Assembly: GCA_944389745.1 (NCBI GenBank)
Contig: CALXNM010000002.1
Span: forward strand, 27,389 to 91,388
Length of the DNA: 64,000 bases
Direction of reading: 5' to 3'
DNA from: an uncultured Clostridia bacterium
Lineage (GTDB): Bacteria; Bacillota; Clostridia; TANB77; CAG-508
Positions 53,301 to 61,323 of this stretch are shown here, in pieces (within the stretch, counting starts at the first letter, position 1; the number at the start of each line of letters is the position of its first letter). The notes beneath the pieces were generated by a model. The model saw only the letters and a list, made by a program, of their open reading frames with translations. It made no database searches and was not told the DNA's origin. A program made the position numbers and the translations under genes.

Positions 53301-53880
53301 ATACGAAAACGACGAAAAAGCAGATTCAGGCTTGATGAATTATTTAACAAGAAGCTTTTCAAGTATATGGAGTGACTATGAAGATAAGCAGCAAGAATAT
53401 GCAAAGAGTAAAGAGTTAGAAGCAAAACTTGCAGAATTATCAATAGAAGAAGCAATGAAAGAAAATAATAAAAATGAAACGGCTACTTCAAGTGAAGATA
53501 ATACTATTACAAGCAACAATAACAATACTTTAACTAATGTAAATACAGATACAAATTCAACATTTAGTAATAATGTAAGCAATACAACGGTAGACAACGA
53601 TTACATTACAGTATACAATGCAGATACAGGAGAATATGAAGTATACAGTGAAGACGAAATATTAAATGGAGAAGATGAAAATCCAGTATCAGAAACAGAA
53701 AAAATAAAAGAAAACGGACTGGAAGGAATATATGGCTATGATGCTAAAGAAGAAACAAAACCACAAGCAAATGGAGCGGTAATAGTTATTTCAATAATCG
53801 CTGTAGCTATAATAGCATTAGTTGTTTTAAGAAAAGTAATTGTAAAAAATGGCAAAAAGGATTCTAAAAATAAAAGCTAA
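44302..53880 (+). CDS. Giant GLUG-repeat cell-surface protein, paralog 5, intact at 3,192 aa
   Basis: Uninterrupted ORF with a GTG start after AAAGGAAAG. It has the same architecture as paralog 2, with N-terminal and C-terminal TM helices. Confidence 0.9.
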   Translation: MKKRERTNNNKIRNTGTDKNIKENKRERKNLNKSVNQSKAKRINTKNLPTFILIGLIIMLIIIAIIYYVFIRYAPEMIITYSGYAVEGKTMVENLKNSDVSNVNPYLGLIEVHENDLLYKKLNSYYIGEDNKKEIDINYPIYINEGNALLNIGPTTRLITVNYEEVEGYPDFMMTDGVMYNGADITRADGNKYIFLKSEDEIYTNVGKIQISTALNDYEIREFSNIYFTEDYIAYYEMQDGNNANDGNEENSSNDSENAKDANQNNVQNWYMRYKRINDIDMDSKIEVNNETITYKEFLERLGIIQTEENNKEEVVNETSEIDETAENDVEEESTTQEENNESNTTINESEPTEQEWQEGMWEKPTVSCTDFESGVYTISTNLSVTDRAGVISRGVIFEIYLDGRLNRRALATQTGNIEITNLQPDTEFEIRGVFYYYDEDGVEQEEEFYTGTVKTKPISALGTIDFSFQNGEIYSNKIELIHLKLNNDLNEEVIRGISRIQVEIGDVAFRLTNDQIDQLKAGEEITYQTSESLTSNSRIKYKITAFDRFGNELKAINNEGETITSKQLPRVSITATKQDVTEVILDVTLNNKDNVSLENYRYEITNQSGEIVKQGILGNNGTANDGSKETLTFNDLDPNGYYQIIIYGDYDLDNGEGIQQNAELGRASFVTRPLASLGYMQVHIDDKEVTQNSMNLGISIDENQTDARLLAILDKVEVVIYDQGKNIEHDEKNNGDNDGSDGNNEGSGDNEGSGNTGDSNQGQQGNDNNAQQETEVQRITFTEEQVQSLKIAEEVELNIDQLNSNTIYRIDVITMVKQGTVETVVEDKQNIEQLITLKMPAEVQVRNQFVIGTMIDLDIRIEDIDNAVLTNQVRIEVRDKDNKLIDLSEMPTNAEYKRKTYEDLTPNETYRIIVYAPQYNIGSTDATYEADYILKEIKIVTETGISGNLDLIGLEKTPTGKNLIDVSSKVNWYEKCFDTGRVYALNYNESTKTLTLGENSSHNLASYYDLSKYIGQEITISFKARSSYTKTLSIVEKTYEDFLKTDIVTYYTINDLSSEWKEYLFTVTLSKTGYIGLRTTTNDITSVEIQDLQAELGNRKTDYETFQYDYNANVSITVNDTRDEITTNDYYIRIYKNDEQIQEIRYEEIGEENKVENVQKTYNIEPDANYRIELLVKITDRYYELDSQEFSTTGARELKGILNENEYLKIQPYGEYIILNDLNFSVVSGLQYRFGSSNLRFEGKIDFNGKTVTKGMVNKYARLFDYIGNNGLIENMVLDLKLNDGYGTSMLGAIANFNYGTIRNLEFNIIESKEKSNTEMWLICYQNFGTIENFVINFKKTFYLYTTGGMMWLNYGTVKNGYICGEDIKILNRSTASNYASGLVLANNRNGLIENVFTLINLDVMYSSNQIKALIALENNSNATIQNVYSVIDEPSKNLSSGPNVYTKSSEKIYNNYYFSDEIYTSELETKGNKLSLWDATFQNQLINGDGAFIVDDLVNEGYYPQLNMPDVMPAQEYIELPEVEDADLPDILSTKVLEQGTDTVKVQFSVNNPSAELISDIKIQNLEVEILSQEYINGKSIVIAELKNPIICVSSYDVQSITTKGAFGSSYTRPYDPGERVINVDLYKEIWSVNDWRAINDSPTENYMLMTDLDFINEENTIRLDNVNGILNGNGHTISNVNLTNNYSLIVYLNGILKNIYINNFKQEATTNGGLISVAQISSSIDNVHMSNVSITKTGSGMVGGLVRDANSNAIKNSSVNNIQINTEGTQSMMRIGGIAGQINNTVINNCYVKNISVKDTKGIESGVGGIAGYGLVACTIQNCYAEGRIISENNNVGGIVGGLDATNIENCYSKVDISTTNNNVGGIIGLCTQANASTISNNLSIGNIYTIAGIDNLDRIIGFGSGENGTNYAYENQLLNGFVSDEDKGATLLNKEEILNLNLGESYNYDDKEKGILPKLYNMEGTELLPNQTDILLEDNYTTKVELGVENIEATKPNTTEAEITVRINNPEEVEITGIEIEDMTISSISRNVTQNGVTNIVVRALPTRYYDSYKLTGIRYKTGVSSEEQIKEVEAEIKVQFYKEIYTYEDWQTIEEGTFQNYRLMADIDFSGKTNVKNNIAVNRLEAENRIYMLKNINLQFSAGNAGLIQNVKNSIKNIGFENITLTNSSGDHYFGVIASNNGEIENLRFKNITITGKLMHYIGTIGGMTSGNINNVELENININGSSHNGGLVGYLSLNMGGSIKNITADKITIVGTSTYTGGILGYQYGSGVEITNIHVDNSNITGKDYTAGILGNGSQGNLTYFEVNNTDVSGTAYVGGILGYTTSSENTMLRMYMQVNSCNITGAGNYVGGIIGSFWGGYNRYWNVNNSQINVTSSSSEDVGGLAGFLGQSQLWYFQINNTTISSKGKNVGGAIGYTLSRTTLGWGYSFNTIVYGSTTVGGLVGSGNYLNIKSVYVNANVKADNSVAGGVLGYAQNANVIAYGSPINIYTALVEDGSVEAQSKAGGLIGDLETDIYRDGTFFYNNYIEADVTSTNTSTGSLLIGGRPDENPYIENTYVYRYSTLNGNYVYGTNDNIEDEQYLIRSDLDIQSTFSSKIGLGTTYWNYASLSEGKYPKIKDQYIYMPELQTGVDLPTDPEISSINSLSLGVEISEDSANEAGTNANNIAEEIGISTQSTESLPSYKVYPIKVDEINIGFSDIPEGVSFTYSVNDENVESKNITKGQRADNGLNENSDIDNNNANELLQLTQKTYTFKYNYQDTLEIKLTNGTDEETITITPDDVRSNASLVGNNNAYLLETNLYINGELQPGEYVNVYDGYALNSSGQVVDIATKQMVINADSVASENTIADDNDEESNEAVTTSLKQTTKPLHIYDYKGSTIEVYGTYSTVDGNVKLQIYNVRNGQLSAISNNVDMKVGNSIIDNYNDKEYQTVLTTSGELVDLKEQLQYPNNFLSSNIKQIVQNTEAESPEVMVLYNTGKVIVFNYVTGKVVYENDEKADSGLMNYLTRSFSSIWSDYEDKQQEYAKSKELEAKLAELSIEEAMKENNKNETATSSEDNTITSNNNNTLTNVNTDTNSTFSNNVSNTTVDNDYITVYNADTGEYEVYSEDEILNGEDENPVSETEKIKENGLEGIYGYDAKEETKPQANGAVIVISIIAVAIIALVVLRKVIVKNGKKDSKNKS

Positions 53881-53941
53881 GTTTAAAATCTAAATCATCA
53901 TTAGATATATTAGAAAATGTGGTAATATAATTAAATAAAAA

Positions 53942-53983
53942 AACAAGTACTAAGATTTAAAGATTTTAGTGCTTGTTTTTTTT
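53942..53983 (+). terminator. Rho-independent terminator of paralog 5
   Basis: aacaagtactaa / ttagtgcttgtt followed by TTTTTTTT. Confidence 0.65.
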
Positions 53984-54081
53984 CTTAATATGGTTAATTC
54001 AAAGAATTTATGCTATACTAATTGCAATGTTTAAAGTGATTTTGCGAGTTTTAGTATTCATAAAAATGAAAGGATTTTACT

Positions 54082-54744
54082 ATGAAAAAAATATTAGTGG
54101 TAGAAGATGATGAATCTATTCATAATTTAATAAAAGAAGTGCTAAAAAAAGAGCATTACTCTGTGGTAAGTGCATATTCTGGAACAGAAGCTCTTCTAGT
54201 AATAGAAAAAGAAAAGATAGACCTCATATTATTGGATTTAATGCTTCCAGGGTTAAATGGTGAAGAAATAGTAAAAAGAGTTAAAAACATACCAATTATT
54301 GTAATAAGTGCAAAAATGGATCAAGAAAATAAAGTAAAAGTTTTATTAGATGGTGCCAATGATTATATTGTTAAACCGTTTGATACAGAAGAGTTGATTG
54401 CAAGAGTAAAAGTTCAATTAAGGATAGGAAAAGCAGAACAAAGTAATAACACAATAAAGTACAAAGAGATTATTATGGTTAATGATAATCGCACAGTAAC
54501 TATAAATAATAAAGAGGTATATCTAACAAGAACCGAATATGCTATTTTAAAGCAATTGATATTAAATGCAAAACAAGTTGTAACCAAAAGCAAATTGCTC
54601 CAACTGATAAGCATCGATACACCGGATTGTGATGAGAATTCTTTAAAGGTACATATAAGTAATTTAAGAAAGAAAATAAAAAAAGTTACAGATGAAGAAT
54701 ATATTGAATCTGTATGGGGAATAGGTTTTAAAATTCATGAGTAA
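54082..54744 (+). CDS. OmpR-family response regulator
   Basis: Receiver domain (VVEDDESI...ILLDLMLPGLNG...KPF) plus a C-terminal winged helix. Confidence 0.85.
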   Translation: MKKILVVEDDESIHNLIKEVLKKEHYSVVSAYSGTEALLVIEKEKIDLILLDLMLPGLNGEEIVKRVKNIPIIVISAKMDQENKVKVLLDGANDYIVKPFDTEELIARVKVQLRIGKAEQSNNTIKYKEIIMVNDNRTVTINNKEVYLTRTEYAILKQLILNAKQVVTKSKLLQLISIDTPDCDENSLKVHISNLRKKIKKVTDEEYIESVWGIGFKIHE

Positions 54745-54825
54745 AATCTTAACCAAATTTCAACTTTTTTCTTAACTAATTCCTTAACATTTTAATAATA
54801 AAATACTCCTTGAAAGGAGGCTTTT

Positions 54826-55737
54826 ATGGAATATATTTTAGAAACTCAAAATTTGTGCAAATATTATAAAAAGAATAAGGTATTAAATGATTTAAATATT
54901 CATGTGCCAAAGGGAGCAATTTATGGCCTTATTGGAAAGAATGGTGCAGGAAAAACCACTTTAATTAGAGTGATTTGTGGATTACAAAGGCCTAGCAAAG
55001 GCAATTATTGCATTTATGAAACTGAAAACGGTAAAAAGATTAATTATGTAAGGAAAAGAATTGGAGCTATTATAGAAACTCCATCAATTTATTTTGATAT
55101 GACAGCAGAAGAAAATTTAAAAGAGCAATACAAAGTAATAGGTTTGCCTATTGATGATAATCTAAAAGAATTGTTAAGTACAGTTGGATTAAAAAATGTA
55201 GATAAAAAGAAAGTTAAAGATTTTTCTTTAGGTATGAAGCAAAGGCTAGGGATAGCTATAGCATTAGTTGGACATCCGGATTTTCTTATTTTGGACGAGC
55301 CTATAAATGGACTTGATCCAGAAGGAATTATAGAAATAAGAGAATTAATTTTAAAACTAAATAAAGAAAACGGAATTACATTTTTAATATCAAGCCATTA
55401 TTTAGATGAATTATCAAAAGTTGCTACACATTATGGATTTATTAATAAAGGAAAAATAATTAAAGAAATAAGTAAAAAAGACCTAGAAGAAAAGTGCAAA
55501 AGACGAATTGAAATAAAAGTAAATAATGTACAAGAATGTGTGAAATATTTAGAAGAAAACAAAATTGAATACACCATAAAAGAAGATAACATTATAAATA
55601 TTTATAGCCCGATAAATATATCCGAATTAGTTATCGGCCTTTCTAAGAAAAATTGTATAATATCAGATTTGCATGAAAAAGATGCATCACTTGAAAGTTA
55701 TTATATAAATTTGATTGGAGGGGATGATAATGTATAA
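54826..55737 (+). CDS. ABC transporter ATP-binding protein (BcrA/BceA-like)
   Basis: Walker A GKNGAGKTT, signature LGMKQRLGIA, Walker B ILDEP. AAGGAGG RBS. Confidence 0.85.
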   Translation: MEYILETQNLCKYYKKNKVLNDLNIHVPKGAIYGLIGKNGAGKTTLIRVICGLQRPSKGNYCIYETENGKKINYVRKRIGAIIETPSIYFDMTAEENLKEQYKVIGLPIDDNLKELLSTVGLKNVDKKKVKDFSLGMKQRLGIAIALVGHPDFLILDEPINGLDPEGIIEIRELILKLNKENGITFLISSHYLDELSKVATHYGFINKGKIIKEISKKDLEEKCKRRIEIKVNNVQECVKYLEENKIEYTIKEDNIINIYSPINISELVIGLSKKNCIISDLHEKDASLESYYINLIGGDDNV

Positions 55738-56566
55738 ATTACTGAATGCAGGCTTTTACAGACTAAAAAAGGAAAAGATATTTTGGTGTTTAGTAGTCAT
55801 AACTATACTAATTGCCGGCTCTACTTTATTTAATCAGATACAGCATGTACAAACATGGGGAAAAACTGGAATAGATCAAATTTTAATAAATTATACAAAT
55901 TGGATCGGTATATTTATAGCTTTATTTACAAGCACTTTTATAGGAACAGAATATGCGAATGGAACAATAAGAAATAAAATAATTGTAGGACATAGTAGAG
56001 TTAAAATATATGTATCTAATTTAATTATAAGTATTGTTGTAGGAACTATATTAGAACTAATTTATATGCTTCTTATATGTGTTATAGGAATTCTAGCACT
56101 TGGTAGCATAGCAATGCCTGCAAAAGAATTTGCGATTATATTAGTAAATATATTTATGATAATTATAGCATATTCATCAATTTTTTCTTTTATAGCATTA
56201 TTATGTACAAATATAACAATGACAACAGTTATAAGTTTTATTCTTTTACTTGTGATGTTTGTAGTAAATAACTTGTTAGGACCAACTGCAAGTGCAGATA
56301 GATATAGTTACAATATTACAGCAAATGAACGTGGCGAGCTGGTAAAAGAAATAACTGGAATAAATCAAAATTACCCAGGAGATACAAAAAAGAAAATATG
56401 TCAAGCAATTGTATATTCTATGCCATTAGGACAAGCTGATATAATAAGCAGTAAATTTGAAAAAGATATAAATGAATTATATGTTTTAATAATATATGCA
56501 GTTATTGAATCTGTTGTAATAACAGCAGTTGGCATCTATGTATTTAGGAAAAAAGATTTGAAATAG
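55730..56566 (+). CDS. ABC-2 family transporter permease
   Basis: Multi-TM hydrophobic protein. The ATG at 55730 is 7 nt after GGAGGGG. The ORF-track TTG start at 55715 is unlikely to be used. It overlaps the stop of the ATPase gene. Confidence 0.75.
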   Translation: MYKLLNAGFYRLKKEKIFWCLVVITILIAGSTLFNQIQHVQTWGKTGIDQILINYTNWIGIFIALFTSTFIGTEYANGTIRNKIIVGHSRVKIYVSNLIISIVVGTILELIYMLLICVIGILALGSIAMPAKEFAIILVNIFMIIIAYSSIFSFIALLCTNITMTTVISFILLLVMFVVNNLLGPTASADRYSYNITANERGELVKEITGINQNYPGDTKKKICQAIVYSMPLGQADIISSKFEKDINELYVLIIYAVIESVVITAVGIYVFRKKDLK

Positions 56567-56650
56567 GAAAAGTGATTTAAAGAATGAAAACTGGTAAAAA
56601 AAGCCTTAAGAAAAGCATTAGAAAAAGTAAAGTGATAAAGGAGGAACAAA

Positions 56651-57535
56651 GTGGATGTTTGGCTATATCTCATAATTGGAATATTATTGGTGGTAATTAT
56701 ATGGCTAATACTAAAGCTAGCTTTAATAAAAAAATCTATAAAAGAAATAAGCAATCAAACAAGTGATATACTAAGCAAAGACACAAACAATTTAATAACA
56801 ATATCATCATCAGATTCAGATGTAGCAGAATTAACCAAAAAGTTAAATAAAGAATTACAAGAACTAAGAACGCAAAAATTATATTATGAAAATGGAAACC
56901 AAGGATTAAAAGAGCAAATAACCAATATTTCCCACGATATGAGAACACCACTAACTGCAATAAAAGGATATGTTGAACTAATTAATCAAACGCAAGATGT
57001 AGAAAAACAAAAAGAATATTTAAAAATTGTAGAAAAGAAAGTAAATGCCTTAACAGTACTAACAGAGCAAATATTTGAATTTTCCAAAATAGTAGATAGA
57101 AACCAAAAAATAAAAAAAGAAAAATACTGTATAAATAATATTTTAGAAGAATTGCTAGTAAGCTATTATACAATTTTAAACACAAAGAAAATAATTCCAA
57201 AGATAGAAATTTGTGATAAGAAAATTTATAGAAATGTAGATATAAATATAATTACTAGAGTATTTGATAATATTTTATCAAATGCAATTAAGTATAGTGA
57301 TGGAGATCTAGAAGTAAAACTTGAAGAAAATGGCAAAATAACATTTTCTAATACAGCAAAAACACTAGATGAAGTAACAGTAAAGAAAATTTTTAACAGG
57401 TATTATACAGTAGAAAATGCGAAGAAATCTACAGGGCTAGGCTTGTCCATAGCAAAACAATTGATAGAAATGTGTAATGGAAAGATAAGTGCAAAATATG
57501 TAGATGGAAAATTGATAATTGAAATAGAGTTGTAG
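56651..57535 (+). CDS. Sensor histidine kinase (short, intramembrane-sensing type)
   Basis: Two N-terminal TM segments, H-box ISHDMRTPLTAIKGY, and a C-terminal HATPase region. AAGGAGG RBS before the GTG. Confidence 0.8.
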   Translation: MDVWLYLIIGILLVVIIWLILKLALIKKSIKEISNQTSDILSKDTNNLITISSSDSDVAELTKKLNKELQELRTQKLYYENGNQGLKEQITNISHDMRTPLTAIKGYVELINQTQDVEKQKEYLKIVEKKVNALTVLTEQIFEFSKIVDRNQKIKKEKYCINNILEELLVSYYTILNTKKIIPKIEICDKKIYRNVDINIITRVFDNILSNAIKYSDGDLEVKLEENGKITFSNTAKTLDEVTVKKIFNRYYTVENAKKSTGLGLSIAKQLIEMCNGKISAKYVDGKLIIEIEL

Positions 57536-57641
57536 GAAAAATGCCGAATTGTTTAGTTTAACAGTTTGGTTTTTTGTTACTAAGCATAAATTAATTTAAT
57601 ACGAATACAATTAAAGTAGTAAAAGCTTGGGGAGGATGTAT

Positions 57642-58496
57642 ATGAGTGGTAGAAAAATCAAAAAGCTTACTACTTTTTTTGCTTTTTTCTTGGTGTTTAT
57701 ATTTTCTTTTTCAATAATTAATATGAGCGAATATGAAAAGAATAGTTTAAATGCTTCAAATAATATAACTGGAAAAACAATTCAAACGAGTGCAAGTAGC
57801 AGTTTAAGCAATAAAAAAATAGGTTGGGGAATAAAAAGAGGCAAGGACCATGCACAGCCTGATTTAGGTAGTGAAAATGAAAAAATTATTAAAGTGTTTA
57901 ATGGAATATGTATGGGTAATAACAATAATCCTTATGTGTATCTAACATTTGATTGTGGTTATGAAGCAGGATATACAGAGAAAATACTGGAGGTCCTAAA
58001 ACAAAATGACGTAAAAGCTACCTTTTTTATAACAGGTCATTATTTAAATACTGCAGAGGATATGGTAAAAAAGATGATTGATGAAGGTCATATTATAGGA
58101 AACCATACGGCAGACCATATTTGCATGCCAGAGTCAAGTGATGAAGAAATAAAAGAAGATGTAATGGAATTACATACAGCTGTATATGATAAATTTGGGT
58201 ATGAAATGAAATATATAAGACCGCCAAAAGGTGAATACAGTGAAAGAACCGTGGAATATACAAATACATTAGGGTATACAACTGTAATGTGGTCTTTTGC
58301 ATATGATGACTGGGATGAAAATAAACAGGGCAGAGAAGAGTATGGAAAAGAAAAGATTTTAGAAAATGTACATAATGGTGAAGTAATGCTATTACATAGT
58401 ACCTCAAAAGATAACAGCAATATATTGGATAGTTGTATAAAAGAGATAAAAGATATGGGTTATGAATTTAAAAGCTTAGACGAATTTGAAGCATAA
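57642..58496 (+). CDS. pdaA: Polysaccharide deacetylase, PdaA-like (delta-lactam-biosynthetic de-N-acetylase family)
   Basis: NodB motifs TFDCGYE and HIIGNHTADH. Signal anchor present. GGAGG lies 7 nt before the ATG at 57642. The ORF track extends the ORF to a TTG at 57627. Confidence 0.7.
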   Translation: MSGRKIKKLTTFFAFFLVFIFSFSIINMSEYEKNSLNASNNITGKTIQTSASSSLSNKKIGWGIKRGKDHAQPDLGSENEKIIKVFNGICMGNNNNPYVYLTFDCGYEAGYTEKILEVLKQNDVKATFFITGHYLNTAEDMVKKMIDEGHIIGNHTADHICMPESSDEEIKEDVMELHTAVYDKFGYEMKYIRPPKGEYSERTVEYTNTLGYTTVMWSFAYDDWDENKQGREEYGKEKILENVHNGEVMLLHSTSKDNSNILDSCIKEIKDMGYEFKSLDEFEA

Positions 58497-58547
58497 TGTG
58501 GCATTGTGCCAATGGCACAGTCCCTGATTGTATAAGAGGAGGAAGGT

Positions 58548-58835
58548 ATGAGAAGAAAGCCAAGAAAAATAGATGAAATCCTGGAAATACCTACAGAACT
58601 TAGTACAAATAACCCTAAAATAACAATAATAGGTTTTGAAAAAGTATTGGTAGAAAATCATAAGGGAATATTAGAGTATCAGGATTATTTTGTTAGGTTA
58701 AATACATATATAGGTATTATAAATATAAATGGGTTTAATTTAAATTTAGAAGAAATGAATACAGATGATTTAATTATTACGGGAAAGATTGATGGTATTG
58801 ATTTTGAAAAAACAATAGATAATGAGGAGGAATAA
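58548..58835 (+). CDS. yqfC: YabP-family sporulation protein, YqfC-like
   Basis: 95 aa with the pattern ITIIGFEKVLVENHKGILEYQDYFVRLNT...LIITGKIDGIDFEK. It is followed directly by yqfD. Confidence 0.7.
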   Translation: MRRKPRKIDEILEIPTELSTNNPKITIIGFEKVLVENHKGILEYQDYFVRLNTYIGIININGFNLNLEEMNTDDLIITGKIDGIDFEKTIDNEEE

Positions 58836-58887
58836 ATATTGGGCTTAAATAAAATGCTACAATATTGTAATCGGTTATGTAAGAATT

Positions 58888-60021
58888 TTGGTAGAAGGAT
58901 ATTACATTGAAAGATTTATTAATTTATGTTCGAAGAAGCAAATTATTTTATGGAATTTGGAAAGAAAAGATAATATTACATTAGTAGCAGATATTGATAA
59001 AAAAGAATTTAAGAGATTAAGAGAAATATCCAGAAAAACAAAATGCAAAGTAAAAATACAAAATAAAATTGGATTACCTTTTGTGGTGAGAAAATATAAA
59101 AAAAGAAAAATTTTTTTTATTTTATTAGTTTTAATTTTTCTATTAATTTTTAGTTTATCACATTTTATATGGAATATTGAAGTAGAATGTAGTTCAAATA
59201 TTTCAAAAGATGAAATAATATCATTGGTAGAAAATGAAGGGCTAAAAATAGGAGCACTAAAAAATAGCCTAGATACCAAAGAAGTTATAAATAAATTAAG
59301 GCTAGAGCGTGATGATATTGCTTGGGTGGGAATAGAAATTAAAGGAACTAATGCAATAATAAAGATAGAGGAAGCAGATGCAAAACCAGATATTATAGAT
59401 GATGATGACTATTGTAATATTGTAGCAGATAAAGAAGGAGTAATAACCAAAATAAGTGCTGGAAATGGTACTCCCCTAGTAAAAGAAGGTGATGTTGTAA
59501 AAAATGGAGATGTGCTAATTGCAGGATATATGGAAGGAAAATATACTGGAAAGCAGTATGTGCACTCTATAGGCGAGGTTCAGGCAAAAGTTTGGTATAA
59601 AAATACCCAGAAAGTTTATTTTAAAGAGACAAAAAAAGAAGAAACAGGAAACCTTGAGAATAAATATTCCGTAAAGATAAATAATTTTCAAATAAATTTT
59701 CATAAAAGTATTCCAAATTTCAAAAAATATGATACAATAGAAACGACAGAAAAATTAAAATTATTTTCGAATTTCTATTTGCCGATTGAAATTATAAAAT
59801 ATGAATATAAAGAATATAATGAAGTACCTGTTATACATAGCGTTGAGGAATCCAAACAAATAGGAATAGAAAAAGCTGAAGAAGAATTAAAAAAAGAAAT
59901 AGAAAATAAAGAAATAACAGATAAAAAGATAAATGTAAGAACTGAAAAAGACTACATAGAAGTAGAACTCATTTATGAAGTAAAAGAACAAATAGGTATA
60001 GAAGAAAAAATAGTTTTTTAA
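58888..60021 (+). CDS. yqfD: Sporulation protein YqfD (stage IV). The true start is probably upstream of the called TTG.
   Basis: GYYIERFINLC...WNLER... then a single TM helix (FFILLVLIFLLIFSL), then ...IKIEEAD..GDVLIAGY. In-frame upstream codons (NIVIGYVRILVEGYY) also match the family. Confidence 0.7.
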   Translation: MVEGYYIERFINLCSKKQIILWNLERKDNITLVADIDKKEFKRLREISRKTKCKVKIQNKIGLPFVVRKYKKRKIFFILLVLIFLLIFSLSHFIWNIEVECSSNISKDEIISLVENEGLKIGALKNSLDTKEVINKLRLERDDIAWVGIEIKGTNAIIKIEEADAKPDIIDDDDYCNIVADKEGVITKISAGNGTPLVKEGDVVKNGDVLIAGYMEGKYTGKQYVHSIGEVQAKVWYKNTQKVYFKETKKEETGNLENKYSVKINNFQINFHKSIPNFKKYDTIETTEKLKLFSNFYLPIEIIKYEYKEYNEVPVIHSVEESKQIGIEKAEEELKKEIENKEITDKKINVRTEKDYIEVELIYEVKEQIGIEEKIVF

Positions 60022-60059
60022 AATAATTATATTAAGAAACAAACAAATGAAGAGAAAGG

Positions 60060-61298
60060 ATGGATAAAATGGAAGAAAGAAGTGTAAGAATTTATAATTC
60101 AGAAAGAACATTTTTCTCAAAGTTAACTAGCACAATTAGCAAACTACTTATACCAACAAAGATAGGGCTAAATGGAGTATTAATTTCTATAAAAAGAAAT
60201 AATGTGCTAAAAGTATTTGAAAACTTAAACAAAGCAGAAGATACAGAGAAAAAAGAAATATTAAATAAAAAATTTGATGATGCATATGCCTTGTATCTTG
60301 AATCTATAGATAAACATATAATGGATACTATATACAAAAAAGTTAAGAACGAAACAGCAAGTGAATTTGAAAAAGAAGCTTTATCACAGTATTATATGAT
60401 AACACATTTAAAAGAAACAGGCTACACAGAATACAAATACAGAAAGCAGATTTATTTAATTGGGCTAGATTACCAAAATGTTTTAACTGATAAACCAAAG
60501 GTAATAGAAAGATATAAAAAGTTTTATTGTACAGAAACAGAAATGTTATATAAAGGCTTATTAAAACATTATTCAATTAGACTTGCTGATAATATGACAG
60601 ATGGAGAAAAAGAAGAAATATATAACAAAATATTTAAAACATTAGAAGAATACATTTCAAACATTTTACCAATCAAATTTGAGATTGAACAAAAAGATAG
60701 TTATAAAGAAATTTTGGATGAATATGACAACTATGATAGATTCTCAGTAGGAAAATTAGATCAAAATGATGTTATAGAAAAGAATACAATACTTCTTGGA
60801 TTAAGCAGAAAATTATTTACACACAGCTTACCTTTAGTAGTAGCAGAGCAATGTTATGGCAAGTTGTTAAATGATGCAAGAAGTTTAATAGTAGATACAA
60901 AAGTATTAAGAAAACAAGAAAAAGCTTATTCACTATTAATAAATATAATAGAGGAATATAATGCAAAATTACTAAGTACAAAAATTTATTGGGAAAAACC
61001 AGCACAAAGAGAAGAATTTAAAAAGTTCTGGGATAATTACAAAGAATTAGAAAAAATTAAAGCAACAGATTATGATGAATACATAAAACAAAAAGAAATA
61101 TTATTCATAAGAAACGATTTAAACCAAGTAAGAACAAACGAAAACAAGTATTATAAAATTATCAAATTCTATAAAAATAAATTAGTAGAACTTGGAGTAA
61201 TGAGAAATTTATATAATTCTTATAAATCAGAAGGAGAATACAAGAAAGTAGCAAAAGATACCAAAAGAAAAACTGAAGTAAGTAGAGAGGCTGTATAA
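60060..61298 (+). CDS. Hypothetical K/E-rich protein of 412 aa
   Basis: Long ORF with an RBS. I recognise no motifs. It occupies the position where phoH-like genes sit in B. subtilis. Confidence 0.5.
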   Translation: MDKMEERSVRIYNSERTFFSKLTSTISKLLIPTKIGLNGVLISIKRNNVLKVFENLNKAEDTEKKEILNKKFDDAYALYLESIDKHIMDTIYKKVKNETASEFEKEALSQYYMITHLKETGYTEYKYRKQIYLIGLDYQNVLTDKPKVIERYKKFYCTETEMLYKGLLKHYSIRLADNMTDGEKEEIYNKIFKTLEEYISNILPIKFEIEQKDSYKEILDEYDNYDRFSVGKLDQNDVIEKNTILLGLSRKLFTHSLPLVVAEQCYGKLLNDARSLIVDTKVLRKQEKAYSLLINIIEEYNAKLLSTKIYWEKPAQREEFKKFWDNYKELEKIKATDYDEYIKQKEILFIRNDLNQVRTNENKYYKIIKFYKNKLVELGVMRNLYNSYKSEGEYKKVAKDTKRKTEVSREAV

Positions 61299-61323
61299 AT
61301 AATAAAGTAATAAAGGAAGAGAT

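Noticed and set aside
56584-56766. 60-aa ORF overlapping the histidine kinase start
   Set aside because: There is no convincing RBS. It overlaps the kinase gene, whose start is well supported (AAGGAGG then GTG). The composition is a basic low-complexity run.
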